A DNA stretch of 64,000 nucleotides from an uncultured Planctomycetaceae bacterium (GTDB taxonomy: Bacteria > Planctomycetota > Planctomycetia > Planctomycetales > Planctomycetaceae), in contig CAXBME010000004.1 of assembly GCA_963976765.1 (NCBI GenBank), forward strand, positions 1 through 64,000, in the 5' to 3' direction. Under the pieces are notes generated by a model. The model made no database searches and was not told the DNA's origin. It saw only the letters and a program-made list of their open reading frames with translations. The position numbers were made by a program, and so were the translations under genes. Shown piece after piece: positions 10,029 to 20,068 of this stretch. Positions within the stretch are counted from its first letter, which is position 1, and each line of letters starts with the position of its first letter.

Positions 10029-10679
10029 CTATTGAACTTTTCGGTGACACCATGCAATCAGGCCACAGACTATGGTGACTCCAACCAGGTTCGAGACCAG
10101 ATCCCAGCCGGTGTTGATGTAGCCTCCAATGTTTGTTTCGGGCAGTGTCAACGTCAGAAAAAACTCAATGACTTCGTTCAGGCCACCGAAGCCCATTGAA
10201 GCGGCTCCACACAGCGTCAGCATCCCCAGTGTCGGAACTGGCACGAATGCTTCAACCTGATTCCTCTGAGCCGTCATGATGGCACACAGGCCTTCCCAGC
10301 AGACAAGTGTGGTGACGCCGAATCCAAAAGCGTGAACAACATGGTCGTACTTCAGCAGGTCAGGAATCAGCCAGAGGCTGTAGAGCACTCGATGCTCGCC
10401 ATTGATCGGCCATGACTCTGGGACGGAGATAAGACCGCCTGCCATGTGGATCAGTCCCCAGCCGCTGAGTCCCCAGAGCACCGTCGGGCTGAACCCGACA
10501 CGGCGATCAGCAAACCAGATGACACTGCCAAGAACCAGCATGATCACGATGTAAAGAATGAACTCGGAGTTGCCAGACGCGACTGAACCAACGATTGCCG
10601 CCAGCAGGTAGGCGAAGTTGAATCCCAGTATCGGAACGAGCTGTCTCAATCTGTCGGGTCTCTGGGTGGAGTCAGTCAT
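10029..10679 (-). CDS. Multi-pass membrane protein, DUF2238-like
   Basis: Several TM helices; LIHMAGG, YDHVVHAFG, NEVIEF and NTGWDLVSN motifs. Confidence 0.7.
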   Translation of the reverse strand: MTDSTQRPDRLRQLVPILGFNFAYLLAAIVGSVASGNSEFILYIVIMLVLGSVIWFADRRVGFSPTVLWGLSGWGLIHMAGGLISVPESWPINGEHRVLYSLWLIPDLLKYDHVVHAFGFGVTTLVCWEGLCAIMTAQRNQVEAFVPVPTLGMLTLCGAASMGFGGLNEVIEFFLTLTLPETNIGGYINTGWDLVSNLVGVTIVCGLIAWCHRKVQ

Positions 10680-10721
10680 GGCTAAGCGGTTCCCGTGGAA
10701 TTAACTGATGCAGTAGTCGTT

Positions 10722-11072
10722 TCAGACGCTGCCGCCGTCGAAGTACAGCACGAAGTATCCGCAGAGGGACGACCACAGCAGAGTGACGATGCTCAAGACA
10801 GTAGCGAGAGATAACAAGCGGGAAGGACTGGAACGCCGCCTCAGAATCACCGCAGACGTTAAAGCAATCAGAGCCAGTGGTCCGGCCAGGAGACATTCCA
10901 CTGGCCAGACTGGATCAAACGGCGTTGGCAGCACGTTCCAGGCGACGAGCCACAGGCCAAACAATCGCCCGCCAAACCCTGCAAGGAACGCCATGAAGGC
11001 GAGAATTACCGTCAGACTGTTGGCGAGCCAGCCTGTTTGTCGCTGCATTGGGCCTGGTTCGACGGTCTGCAT
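10722..11072 (-). CDS. Small hypothetical membrane protein
   Basis: The 3' part of ORF 10722-11447 has 3-4 hydrophobic segments; the 5' extension overlaps IS debris. Confidence 0.5.
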   Translation of the reverse strand: MQTVEPGPMQRQTGWLANSLTVILAFMAFLAGFGGRLFGLWLVAWNVLPTPFDPVWPVECLLAGPLALIALTSAVILRRRSSPSRLLSLATVLSIVTLLWSSLCGYFVLYFDGGSV

Positions 11073-11404
11073 TGCGGGATGAACCTCATTCAAAGCACGA
11101 AGACTCGAGTTACGCAGAACCGACAAGCACGGGAGTTCTGACGGCGTGTTGAGCAACTGCAGGATCGATTGGAGCCTGACTGGTGTCGACTTCTCAAAGG
11201 CCGGGCGTGAACCGTCGCGGAACCCAACGCACCAAATCGAAAAACATCGCTTGCCGTATGGCAACAGGGGGGAATTTTGTCCCACACCCCCAATTTCTGA
11301 AGGTGCTTTACGAAGCTCGTGTACTCCCGAAGTGATTTCAGGTGTTGCGTTTCGCTTGGTTTCCTGCTGCTTACAGTAGACGCCGGTTATAAAACGTAGC
11401 GCCG

Positions 11405-11695
11405 GGCAGTCGAGAGTGGTCCCGGTCAGTCGGCCGATGCTGAGCACTTCGGTTCAGTTTTCAAAGGGCAGGTTCGTCGTAACGATGACACTGTTGCGTT
11501 CGTACGCGGTGTTGGTCACATCGAACAGCAGTTCGGAGCCGACTTTGCTGGCCGGCACGTAGCCTGTTCGTCGGGGATCAGCAGGTCAAGTTTCGCGAGT
11601 TGAGCATTCAGTCTCAGCAGGCCACGTTCTTCGCGAGGTTTGAGCAACTGAGTGATCAGTTCCGTGACTGGATAGAAGCGAATGCGACGCCGCGG
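11405..11695 (-). pseudogene. istB: IS21-family IstB (helper ATPase) remnant
   Basis: Minus-strand translation: RIRFYPVTELITQLL..REER.LLRL..QLAKLDLLI.DE / GYVPASKVGSELLFDV...AYERNSVIVTTNLPFEN*TEVL...RLTG..LD, with a frameshift and an in-frame stop. Confidence 0.85.
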
Positions 11696-11859
11696 CTGAG
11701 CAGCTACAGGAGTTCAACCAGTTGCGAGGGCATCTGAAAGGACTGAGGCGCGAGGGTGGAGACCGCGAACAGGCTGAACGAACTCGCCCCTCGCGTTGCG
11801 GAGCAGATCAGCCACCTGAAACGCTCTTCCGGTGTCCACCAGTCATGGGCCAACGCAGG

Positions 11860-12813
11860 TTAGCGGGAGTGGCTGGTGATTGACTCGCGGAGCGTTTGAC
11901 CGAGCCGCGTTGTGTGCGGCTGATCGTTGCTCACCAGCGTAATTGAATCTGAATCAATGCTGGTGACGCGAGCTGAGTAGTCAGCCACTTTAAGCTGCTC
12001 TCCGATAGTCACGATGAACTCTCTGTCGGTTCGACTGTCAAAAAACCAGGCTTCCCGCTGGCCACTTTGCCAGATCGAAGCCACCAGCCGGATTGTCTTG
12101 AGAGAATCAATTTGAGGTGCGGCAACCGGCTCTGATGGCTGCTGTATTGCAATGACAGGCCCCCTGGATGGAGTGACTGTTGTTCTTCGAAACGGGTCAC
12201 GACGGGCAAAGTAGTTTTCAAGTTTCGGTCGTGATGGGTGTGCCCGGAGGGAGCGGTCCGGCGCCGGCAGTGTTTCTCGATAAGGCGCATCGCTCAAGGC
12301 CAGTGCTTCCAGCGTTACGGTGATCTTCCGACTCGTCGAGGCCGAGTTGCCCCCGTTGTTGATCGTCAGGAAAGTGATCCGATGCAGAACTGGTGTGCTG
12401 TAGAAATCGTCGAGAAACTTTCCGATCTGCCGCAGATTTGCCGTTGCCTGAACGGTAAACGGAATGCGATGCCCGACACCTTCTTCGGCAACTGCTCGGT
12501 TCGGCGTGACAACGGCGTCCAAACCGGCGTCATCAACGCGTTCGAGAAGCCAGTCCTGGTAGAGCAAGGTCGCAATCTTTGGTTCACCCGGAAGACTCTG
12601 GTCACGAACGGCATTCAAGTTTCTTTGAGCGTGCTCAACCAGCTGAAAATCCAGTTCGAGCTGCCGGTGCTTCGCAGCCGCTGCCTGAACCTTAACGCGG
12701 GTATTCGTCACTGGCTGGAACAACAGACTGTCCACGGCGTCGTAACCCCAGCTGCAGGCGACAAACGCGCCGAGCGACAAAGCCAACATTTTCTCCCGTC
12801 GATTTCTGAACAT
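11860..12813 (-). CDS. PilO/GspM-like protein with C-terminal GspC/PilP-like beta domain
   Basis: N-terminal RREK plus TM, coiled coil, ferredoxin-like FTVQATANLRQIGKFL..LHRITFL, RDPF motif, C-terminal LVASI...EAWF; last gene of the gsp cluster. Confidence 0.65.
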   Translation of the reverse strand: MFRNRREKMLALSLGAFVACSWGYDAVDSLLFQPVTNTRVKVQAAAAKHRQLELDFQLVEHAQRNLNAVRDQSLPGEPKIATLLYQDWLLERVDDAGLDAVVTPNRAVAEEGVGHRIPFTVQATANLRQIGKFLDDFYSTPVLHRITFLTINNGGNSASTSRKITVTLEALALSDAPYRETLPAPDRSLRAHPSRPKLENYFARRDPFRRTTVTPSRGPVIAIQQPSEPVAAPQIDSLKTIRLVASIWQSGQREAWFFDSRTDREFIVTIGEQLKVADYSARVTSIDSDSITLVSNDQPHTTRLGQTLRESITSHSR

Positions 12814-12893
12814 GATTTTTCCTCGGCTACTTTCAGCGACGCAAACGGTGTACTTCAAAAACTTCGTCAACACTTCGAATCCCGATGAGATCG

Positions 12894-14396
12894 CTACCTT
12901 GACGACTCTGGCGAGGTTTCTTTCAGAGCGTTGCGAATGGCGGCTTCAACTCGAAACGACGAACGAAACGCTGAATCACGAGTCGCCGGCTCAATCCCGT
13001 GAGGCTGCAATTCGTATTTGCCTTTGACACTCATCAGCTTTCGATTGAACGCCATGGCAACTTCGGGCTCTTTCGCAAGGCCATCTGCACGAATCACCGG
13101 CACATCAGCCCCGGCAGCCTGCTCAAGCTGGATACGTGTCAGATATCCCTTACCAGGTTCCGGAAGTTGTTCAGCGAACGCGTGCATCTCATCGGCCCAA
13201 TTGACTGATGACGACTGCCAGGCACTGACAAACTGCCACGCATCAAGCGTCTTCTGGCCTCGATCATTGAGTTCCTGTTGTTCCTTGCTGCTGGCCTGCA
13301 ACGTCACCAACTGATTCTCCAATTGCGATTTTTCGTCATGCACCCAGTAGCCGAGCAGTCCAGCCAGTACAGCAACTCCTGCGGCATAACGTGTCAATTG
13401 CCGACGTCGGGCTAATTTGAGATCGGTGGGGCGCCTCGGACTATGAAAATTGAGTGTGTGGCCGTCACGGCTCAGAGAAGTCAGCAGTGCCAGTGTTCGC
13501 ACGGCTTCGTTGCAGGGAGTGTTGATCAACCGGACGGTGCAATTGCAGGACTCTCGTGCCGCTTGTTCCAGAGTGCTTCCGTGTGGACCGGACAGGTTGA
13601 TCAGACTCAGCATTTCGCTTGATAGTTTCTCCGGCAGAGCGGCGATCATCCGTGCTGAGATATTCGGAATGGACTGAGCAATTTCATCCGGGTTGTCTTC
13701 TGACATTCGCATTGAATGAGAGGCGACGGGAACACCAGCGATGCTCAGTACAAACTCGACTTTGGAGTAGTTCGCAAGCACGTTGAGCGTCAGACCGTCG
13801 ACACGAACCGTGGTCAGCGAGTCAACCGCCAGTTCACCGACTCCGCTGGCACAGATCGACAATCCCGCCGCCGCCAGTGTTTCATCGATCTGCTCAAGTA
13901 CCGTCTTCAACACTGAGGCCAGCAAGACGTATCGATTGACCGCTGTTGCAGAAACCGGCAACGGCAGAAAATCGAAAACGTGCCCATCTGATGCGAGTTC
14001 CGGTCGGCTTTCGACCTGCAACGAAACGACCTCTGTAAGTTCGCTGTCGTCAACTTGTGGGAGTTCGAGCAGTCGCAGACTTACGCTGCGTCTGGGCACG
14101 GAAACGACTGCGTTGGAAGCAGCAATGCCAGACTGGGCAATTCGTTGCCGCAGCCATTCTCCAGCCAGTTGCGGAGACTTTGCTGGATTCACATCTTCCG
14201 GCCACTTGTCGTGAAATTGTCGCCCCACCTCGACTTCGCCATTGCGAACGATCAGCTCCTGCACCGAGACCGACGGGTCCGTCCAGTCAATGGCCACATA
14301 GCTGCCGTTCACCAGCTTTGACTGGTTGACACGTAAGTCCAGTCTGTTCAGAAACTGACGGCTGGATCTGCTGATCAGCTCTTGAAGATTTCCCAT
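12894..14396 (-). CDS. PilM-PilN/GspL-like inner-membrane platform protein
   Basis: Actin-like YVAIDW and VVSVPRRSVSLRLLELP, LNFHSPR, single TM, coiled coil; operon position. Confidence 0.75.
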   Translation of the reverse strand: MGNLQELISRSSRQFLNRLDLRVNQSKLVNGSYVAIDWTDPSVSVQELIVRNGEVEVGRQFHDKWPEDVNPAKSPQLAGEWLRQRIAQSGIAASNAVVSVPRRSVSLRLLELPQVDDSELTEVVSLQVESRPELASDGHVFDFLPLPVSATAVNRYVLLASVLKTVLEQIDETLAAAGLSICASGVGELAVDSLTTVRVDGLTLNVLANYSKVEFVLSIAGVPVASHSMRMSEDNPDEIAQSIPNISARMIAALPEKLSSEMLSLINLSGPHGSTLEQAARESCNCTVRLINTPCNEAVRTLALLTSLSRDGHTLNFHSPRRPTDLKLARRRQLTRYAAGVAVLAGLLGYWVHDEKSQLENQLVTLQASSKEQQELNDRGQKTLDAWQFVSAWQSSSVNWADEMHAFAEQLPEPGKGYLTRIQLEQAAGADVPVIRADGLAKEPEVAMAFNRKLMSVKGKYELQPHGIEPATRDSAFRSSFRVEAAIRNALKETSPESSR

Positions 14397-14459
14397 GGAA
14401 ATTCTTTCTTATACAAGGCAGTTGTCGAGCGGCGCTCGACGTTCCTGTCAGTCGTACCT

Positions 14460-16133
14460 CTAACGTGTTGTGAAATCCGGTGAGTCATCGCGGCCAACAC
14501 GCAAAGGCATCGGTGGAAGATCCTGTAACGAGATGATGCGAGGTTCTTCGCCGGTCGCATCGACCAGGAATCGAATTCCGCATCGTCCGCGGACACCGTC
14601 GATATGACCGACCGCAAAACCTCGAAAGACATCGCCACGGGGCGTCACGTACGGAGCAATCATTCTGAGTCGTTGCAGATCAAGAAGCCCCTGCTCCATT
14701 AACCAAGCGGAGGTTTCCGCGCCGACTGACGTTGTTGCATTAGTGGAAAAACTCGTGGCAGATGGGCGTGGACGAGCACTGACGATGGCTCTGGCCAACG
14801 ACTCGGTCATGTGAGGAACGGTCATCAAAACTTCATAGGGAGCTTCAAAGAAATTGATCCGTCCCTGCCATCGCGTCCGGCTGGTGGTTGTAAGAACTGG
14901 TGACAGTTCGCGAAGAGCTGCCGCGACACTGCCAGCGTCCTCACCCCACGGTGACGGCAACAATGTATCAACACCGTCAATGTCGACTCTGACCGAGCCG
15001 CCGACTAAATCAACGAGTGATTCAATTCGAAACACAGGTTTTGAACTGAGCAGAATTCCGCCGCGACGCTGAGTGCTGACTGAATCAGAGTTCGCCATGG
15101 CTGACAGACCAACGTTATCGTCATCTCCGGAACCAAGCTGCTCGGCAACTCGGCGCCGCGCGGACGACAATCGCTCCTGACGCCTGGCCTCTTCGTCGAG
15201 TTGTTGATTCGTTGAGGAATCCTCGGCCCTCCCGTTCATACGCAGCGCGACGACGAATCCCGCAGTCTCTCGATCAAACTTCGTCTCAAGGTCGTCGTAC
15301 AGCTTCGCAAGTTCCGACGTATTGACGTTGAGTTTCCTTGAGCCGTCAGGGGCGTACGTACTCTCTGCCGAGTGAATTGTCAGAAAGTCGCTCCACCCTG
15401 CCTGCAGTCTTCCGTCTGCGTTATCCGACGGACTGCGAACGTCGCCGTCGTCCTCGTTAGGATCGAGAAGCCCGTTCTGATTCAAGTCCTCACCAAACAG
15501 GAGTTCGGCCGTCACACCTCGAACAAGAAGCAGTTCGCGCAATGACTCAAAGCGTCCCTGGCGTGGCCGGTACGGTGGGTACTGCGACGCATACCAGGAT
15601 GACTCTGCTCCGTAGTCCGACGGTTCATCGTCACTGTCCATCCAGTCAAGTATCGCGTCAGCAATGTACTCCGTCATCTGCGGCAGACGGGCCAGACGCT
15701 GGCGTTCCGCCGCACGATCTTCCGGCTTCAGGGAAAGCCCGTTGATGTTCAGTCGTGAAGACTCGTCAGATAATCCAAATACAGGTTTCTTATCCCGATC
15801 GGGCAGTTCGGACAGCACTGAATACATTGCGGCTGAGTCGTCAACGGTCGTGACTTGAACGTGACGGAATCGGTCGGGGTTGCTGGCCACATTCGGACGC
15901 TCGCTGTCAGAACGGATTTTCAACAGGTCAGAAGAGGCAACGATTCCGGATTCAGCAAGTTGTCTGAGTTGAAGATGTGTGAGCGACGAGCGAGTCGCTT
16001 CGTACTGAACCAGCATCAGTTCGGAAAAGGAGTACAACGAAAAGCTCAACAGCATCACAACGATCAGCACCAGCAGCAGGACGGATCCCTGCCGGGTGTT
16101 CTGGTCGTTGTGATGCTGTTGAGATAACTTCAT
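14460..16133 (-). CDS. gspK: Type II secretion minor pseudopilin GspK
   Basis: RQGSVLLLVLIVV, DESSRLNIN, IADAILDWMDSDD, ELLLVRGVT HhH-like motifs; start overlaps the gspJ stop. Confidence 0.85.
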   Translation of the reverse strand: MKLSQQHHNDQNTRQGSVLLLVLIVVMLLSFSLYSFSELMLVQYEATRSSLTHLQLRQLAESGIVASSDLLKIRSDSERPNVASNPDRFRHVQVTTVDDSAAMYSVLSELPDRDKKPVFGLSDESSRLNINGLSLKPEDRAAERQRLARLPQMTEYIADAILDWMDSDDEPSDYGAESSWYASQYPPYRPRQGRFESLRELLLVRGVTAELLFGEDLNQNGLLDPNEDDGDVRSPSDNADGRLQAGWSDFLTIHSAESTYAPDGSRKLNVNTSELAKLYDDLETKFDRETAGFVVALRMNGRAEDSSTNQQLDEEARRQERLSSARRRVAEQLGSGDDDNVGLSAMANSDSVSTQRRGGILLSSKPVFRIESLVDLVGGSVRVDIDGVDTLLPSPWGEDAGSVAAALRELSPVLTTTSRTRWQGRINFFEAPYEVLMTVPHMTESLARAIVSARPRPSATSFSTNATTSVGAETSAWLMEQGLLDLQRLRMIAPYVTPRGDVFRGFAVGHIDGVRGRCGIRFLVDATGEEPRIISLQDLPPMPLRVGRDDSPDFTTR

Positions 16134-17089
16134 GAGCTGCTGTCCCCACGCTGTGCCGAAGTCCAGGCCGCAGGATGAGGAGCAACCTGCGGCAGTCGTA
16201 TGACGAATCGGTGTTCGACCATGTCGTGTTTCCGTACGAAGTTGAATTCGACGGCTGATGGCAATCTTTGAGTTGCATGGCTGTCCCATGACGCTTTCCA
16301 CTCAATCCCGTCCGAATATCGAAACGATACCTCGTGCGCATCGGGGATGATCGAGGTCCAGTTTCCGTCATCCGGGCCGATCGTTCCCGATCGACTTTCC
16401 ATCACTGATCGCGACGAACGGGCATCAAAGTCCTGTCGCACTCGCACTAACCCCGCATGTTCCAGATCACCGCCCAGAGTCCGGCGCTGGATCTGGTCAT
16501 TTCGAATTGAGAATGGAACACGTATTGCCTGCCCGGAATTCCACCACCAGACGACGTGTGACAATGGCGAGCGATCCCCACCCTTTTCGTTCGACGAAAC
16601 AAATCGATAGTTCGGTGAGTCCGTAAGGACGACAAAGAATTCGGGTTCTCCGTAAAAGTGAACGGGATCAACTTGATCGATTGAGTCAAACTCCAGCACT
16701 CGTTCTTCGATGCTGCTCAAACCTTCAATCTGTGGGGCCTCTTTTCGAACGAGTGCTTTGAAGGCGGCAGCAATGTGATCTGGCAATCCGGCGACGTCCG
16801 CAAGTTTCTCTTCATCATCCATTGGCTCTGGCGGAACAGACCCGGACCGTAGATCGAGTGTGATGTCCTGCAATACGCCGCGGATCACTTGTGATTGCTC
16901 GACCTGCGCCTCGCCCGCTGAGCGATACTTCCAACTCAGATGCACCGCTCCGAAGGCTGCTGACAGGACCATGCCGCACAGCATCAACGCCAGCAGCAGT
17001 TCCATCAGAGTGAAGCCGAGACGATGCCGGCCGGCCTGGATCGCGAACGGCATCCTTCGACAAGTCGCAGTGCCGGGACGAACAGTCAT
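16130..17089 (-). CDS. gspJ: Type II secretion minor pseudopilin GspJ-like
   Basis: Prepilin motif G|FTLMELL; C-terminal FRYSDGIEWKASWDS...LPSAVE. Confidence 0.8.
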   Translation of the reverse strand: MTVRPGTATCRRMPFAIQAGRHRLGFTLMELLLALMLCGMVLSAAFGAVHLSWKYRSAGEAQVEQSQVIRGVLQDITLDLRSGSVPPEPMDDEEKLADVAGLPDHIAAAFKALVRKEAPQIEGLSSIEERVLEFDSIDQVDPVHFYGEPEFFVVLTDSPNYRFVSSNEKGGDRSPLSHVVWWWNSGQAIRVPFSIRNDQIQRRTLGGDLEHAGLVRVRQDFDARSSRSVMESRSGTIGPDDGNWTSIIPDAHEVSFRYSDGIEWKASWDSHATQRLPSAVEFNFVRKHDMVEHRFVIRLPQVAPHPAAWTSAQRGDSSS

Positions 17090-17574
17090 GATGCGTCTCC
17101 TGGTCCCGGGAATTTGTCGTGAGCGACAAGGCGGCTGCGGGTCACCAATCGACTCAGGCTAAACGAAGCTTCTGAATTCCGTGGTCCAGACCGCTGGACG
17201 GTGACCGTCAGTAAGGTCAGTGAATCGGTGGGGCCATCGGACATGGAAACGTTCCACGACCATGCGGGGTCGTCGGCGAAGTGAGTCGATTGTCCGGACG
17301 AGAGGTGCTGATTCGTCGCCAGAATTTCGTCCAGCTTCGTCTGGCATCTGACCGCCGCCACAGTCTCATTTTCGGTCCGCAGTGCGGCGGTGACACCGTT
17401 GGTAGTGAGCTGACTTAACGCGGCGAGAGCCCCGGCAAGAATGACTGTCGAAAGCAGAACTTCCAGCAACGTAAAACCGTCTCGCCAACCTGTTCGCGCA
17501 CCAGTCAGCGCGCCGGAAGGACCGAATGGTCCTCGCGGATGGCGGAGCCTGCATGTTGTGCGAACACTGTTCAT
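17086..17574 (-). CDS. gspI: Type II secretion minor pseudopilin GspI-like
   Basis: G|FTLLEVLL prepilin motif; size and position. Confidence 0.75.
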   Translation of the reverse strand: MNSVRTTCRLRHPRGPFGPSGALTGARTGWRDGFTLLEVLLSTVILAGALAALSQLTTNGVTAALRTENETVAAVRCQTKLDEILATNQHLSSGQSTHFADDPAWSWNVSMSDGPTDSLTLLTVTVQRSGPRNSEASFSLSRLVTRSRLVAHDKFPGPGDAS

Positions 17575-17654
17575 AAGTGGGCTGCATTCATCGAGACCCG
17601 AGAGCGCACGACGATCCTCTCGTCCTGCGCGGATTTCACTGACTGAAACTTAGG

Positions 17655-18176
17655 TCACAGATTCGTCGTCGGACGGATCGTTCCAGTCAGCCGGTCTAGA
17701 ATGAGTTCGCGTCGCATTCCCTCAGAATCCTGCAGGACCAGCGTCACGTTTGTAACAGTCCCGTCTGCGTAGAAATGCAGCGGTTGTAGCGTTTCTGCAG
17801 AATTGTTCTTTGAGGTCGATCCGAACCTGACGCCATCAGGCAGCTGAAATGTTTCACCAGACCGTGCACCACCGTCGTACGTTCTGTGCCGCCGAAACGT
17901 GTTACCATCTGCCTTCAGTTCGACAGTCCATGTGATGGCTTCGTCGATCGCCAGAAGTCTTGTTCTGGTCAGTTCCGACTGAATCATTGAGACAGCCTGA
18001 TTCAACGGCATGGCCCGTTGGTAGCGACCCATTGCCGGCATCACCAATGAAGTGACCGTCACGAGCAGTCCGAGGACGAGCAGCAGTTCGATCAGCGTGA
18101 AGCCAGCGTTACGCGCAGCCGGATTCGCTGCCTGTTCGCAGGCGACCCCGCTTCGCTGATCCCTGCCCCTGCGCAT
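17655..18176 (-). CDS. gspH: Type II secretion minor pseudopilin GspH/FimT-like
   Basis: G|FTLIELLL, LHFYADGT; ATG 18176 has an AGGAG RBS. Confidence 0.8.
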   Translation of the reverse strand: MRRGRDQRSGVACEQAANPAARNAGFTLIELLLVLGLLVTVTSLVMPAMGRYQRAMPLNQAVSMIQSELTRTRLLAIDEAITWTVELKADGNTFRRHRTYDGGARSGETFQLPDGVRFGSTSKNNSAETLQPLHFYADGTVTNVTLVLQDSEGMRRELILDRLTGTIRPTTNL

Positions 18177-18215
18177 TCCAGCAACTCCTTGATTCCGCCT
18201 CGACAGCAGCATAGG

Positions 18216-18650
18216 TCAGGCAGCGTCCCAGTTTCCAATATCGTCGGGTGTTCCGTGAGTTCGATCAGCGCCGGCAGAGCTGATATCGAAGCTGTCGGGA
18301 TTCCTGCGCCCAGGGAATTCGTACTGAAAGGGATTGCCCCAGGCATCAACCGGCTCTTTCTCAAGATACGGTCCGCGCCAGCGAGGATCGCGAGCACCGG
18401 GTGCCTTGAGCAGCGTATCCAATCCTTCTGCGGAGACAGGAAACTGACCCGAATGGTCAAGTGAGTAGAGCTTCAACGCCTGCGAGAGGCCGCCGATACT
18501 GACCCGCGTCGCATCCACATTGGCATGTTGCTGTCTTCCCAGAACTTTGGGGACCACCATCGTCATGATGACGCCGATAATCGCGAGCACCAGCAGCACT
18601 TCCATCAGTGTAAAGCCGCTTCGTCGTTTTGTTTTTCGGGAGGAAACCAT
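18216..18650 (-). CDS. gspG: Type II secretion major pseudopilin GspG
   Basis: G|FTLMEVLL, ALKLYSLD, WRGPYL, DAWGNPFQY, SAGAD...DDIGNW. Confidence 0.95.
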   Translation of the reverse strand: MVSSRKTKRRSGFTLMEVLLVLAIIGVIMTMVVPKVLGRQQHANVDATRVSIGGLSQALKLYSLDHSGQFPVSAEGLDTLLKAPGARDPRWRGPYLEKEPVDAWGNPFQYEFPGRRNPDSFDISSAGADRTHGTPDDIGNWDAA

Positions 18651-18716
18651 TGGACTCGCCTTTCTCTGTCAGTCTGAAAGTGTTCTCGTTGTGTGTTTCT
18701 GGCTGCCCTGAGTCTG

Positions 18717-19913
18717 TCAGGCCATGCCATTGCTTTCGAAAATCGGCATCAACAGGGCGACGACCAGAAACCCGATCACCACCGCCATGACCATCATCAG
18801 CGCGGGTTCCATCAACTTGACCATGACATCAAGTTTCCGCTGCGTGCGACGTTCCATCTTGTCCGCAACGTCCAGCAGAATGCTTTCAAGACGATTTGCC
18901 TGTTCGCCAACGGTGATCATCTCCAGAACGTCCCGCGGAAACTGTCCGCTGGCCGCGAGTGGCGCTGCCAGTGACTTGCCTGATGAAACGTTCCGGGCAG
19001 CTTCACCGATGGTGGCACTGAGAGCCCGATTGCCGGTTGCCTCGCGAGCAATCTCAAGCGATTTCAGAATTGGAACACCGTTCTTGAGCAGCGTTCCAAG
19101 AACGCGGCAGAACCTGGCAATAGCCAGGCTTCGCACGATGGGACCAATCCCTTTGACATTCAGCCGCAGTTGGTCGATCCGTATCCGCATGTGGTCGCTG
19201 GTCAGCCAATGGCGAGCGGCAAAGGCGACAATGGCGACACCGAGCAGAATCCATGTTCCATGAGTCCTCAGCGAGTTGCTCACTCCCAGCAGCAGAATTG
19301 TCGGCAGCGGCAGTTCACCGCGGTCCCGCATTCGTTCAAAGAGGGGCTCGAACTTTGGAACGAAGAACGCCAGCATTCCCGTCACGACAACAAAGCCTGC
19401 CACCAGTAGAAATGCCGGATACGCCAGCGCTCCCAGAATGCGGCCCTTCATCTCTTCCTGCCGCTCGGTAAATCGGGCAACGCGTTTCAACGAGTCTTCC
19501 AGAAACCCGCCTTCTTCACCAGCATGAACCATGCTGACCGCGAGTTCTCGAAAGACTGCGGGATGAGACCGCATTGCTTCAGCAAGAGAGCGACCGTCGG
19601 CCACCTGCGATCGAATATCGCCGAGCGTTGTTTGCAGCAAAGGATGAGACGTCTGCTCTTTAAGAACGTCGAGCGCCTTAAGCAACGCGACGCCAGATTC
19701 CAGCAGGTCAGCCAGCAACTCATACATCGCCGCCAGCGCGGCTCCTTTGACCCGCTTGTTGCCAACTCGAAACTCTGCCTGCTCTTTGATTGTCACTGGA
19801 AGCAACGATTGCTGACTTAATGACTCCAGTGCTTCGCGACGCGAAGCAGCCGACAACGTTCCGGCGGTTTGTTCACCGGACGTCCTTCGTGCTGTGTACT
19901 GGAACTGAGGCAT
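18717..19913 (-). CDS. gspF: Type II secretion inner-membrane protein GspF/PilC
   Basis: LLESGVALLKAL, AGEEGGFLE, ALAYPAFL, LLKNGVPIL, MEPALM. Confidence 0.95.
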   Translation of the reverse strand: MPQFQYTARRTSGEQTAGTLSAASRREALESLSQQSLLPVTIKEQAEFRVGNKRVKGAALAAMYELLADLLESGVALLKALDVLKEQTSHPLLQTTLGDIRSQVADGRSLAEAMRSHPAVFRELAVSMVHAGEEGGFLEDSLKRVARFTERQEEMKGRILGALAYPAFLLVAGFVVVTGMLAFFVPKFEPLFERMRDRGELPLPTILLLGVSNSLRTHGTWILLGVAIVAFAARHWLTSDHMRIRIDQLRLNVKGIGPIVRSLAIARFCRVLGTLLKNGVPILKSLEIAREATGNRALSATIGEAARNVSSGKSLAAPLAASGQFPRDVLEMITVGEQANRLESILLDVADKMERRTQRKLDVMVKLMEPALMMVMAVVIGFLVVALLMPIFESNGMA

Positions 19914-20068
19914 ATCATGACTTTTCGTTGATTCCGGAACTTACGCACCTCGTGCGCAGAGATCGTTTCTCACCCGAAAGATAGCTCGTGGATTCGGGCC
20001 GCGACGGCGAATTCTGCGGTGGGAACAGTCGCTGAAATAGCGTCGGCTGCAATCACACCAGCCGTGCG

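Noticed and set aside
9950..11300. Direct repeat of the tRNA-Met 3' end (att site) at the island's left edge
   Set aside because: Only weak partial matches (ggtggcgtttgaa ~9980; ggggggaattt ~11270), too short to call.
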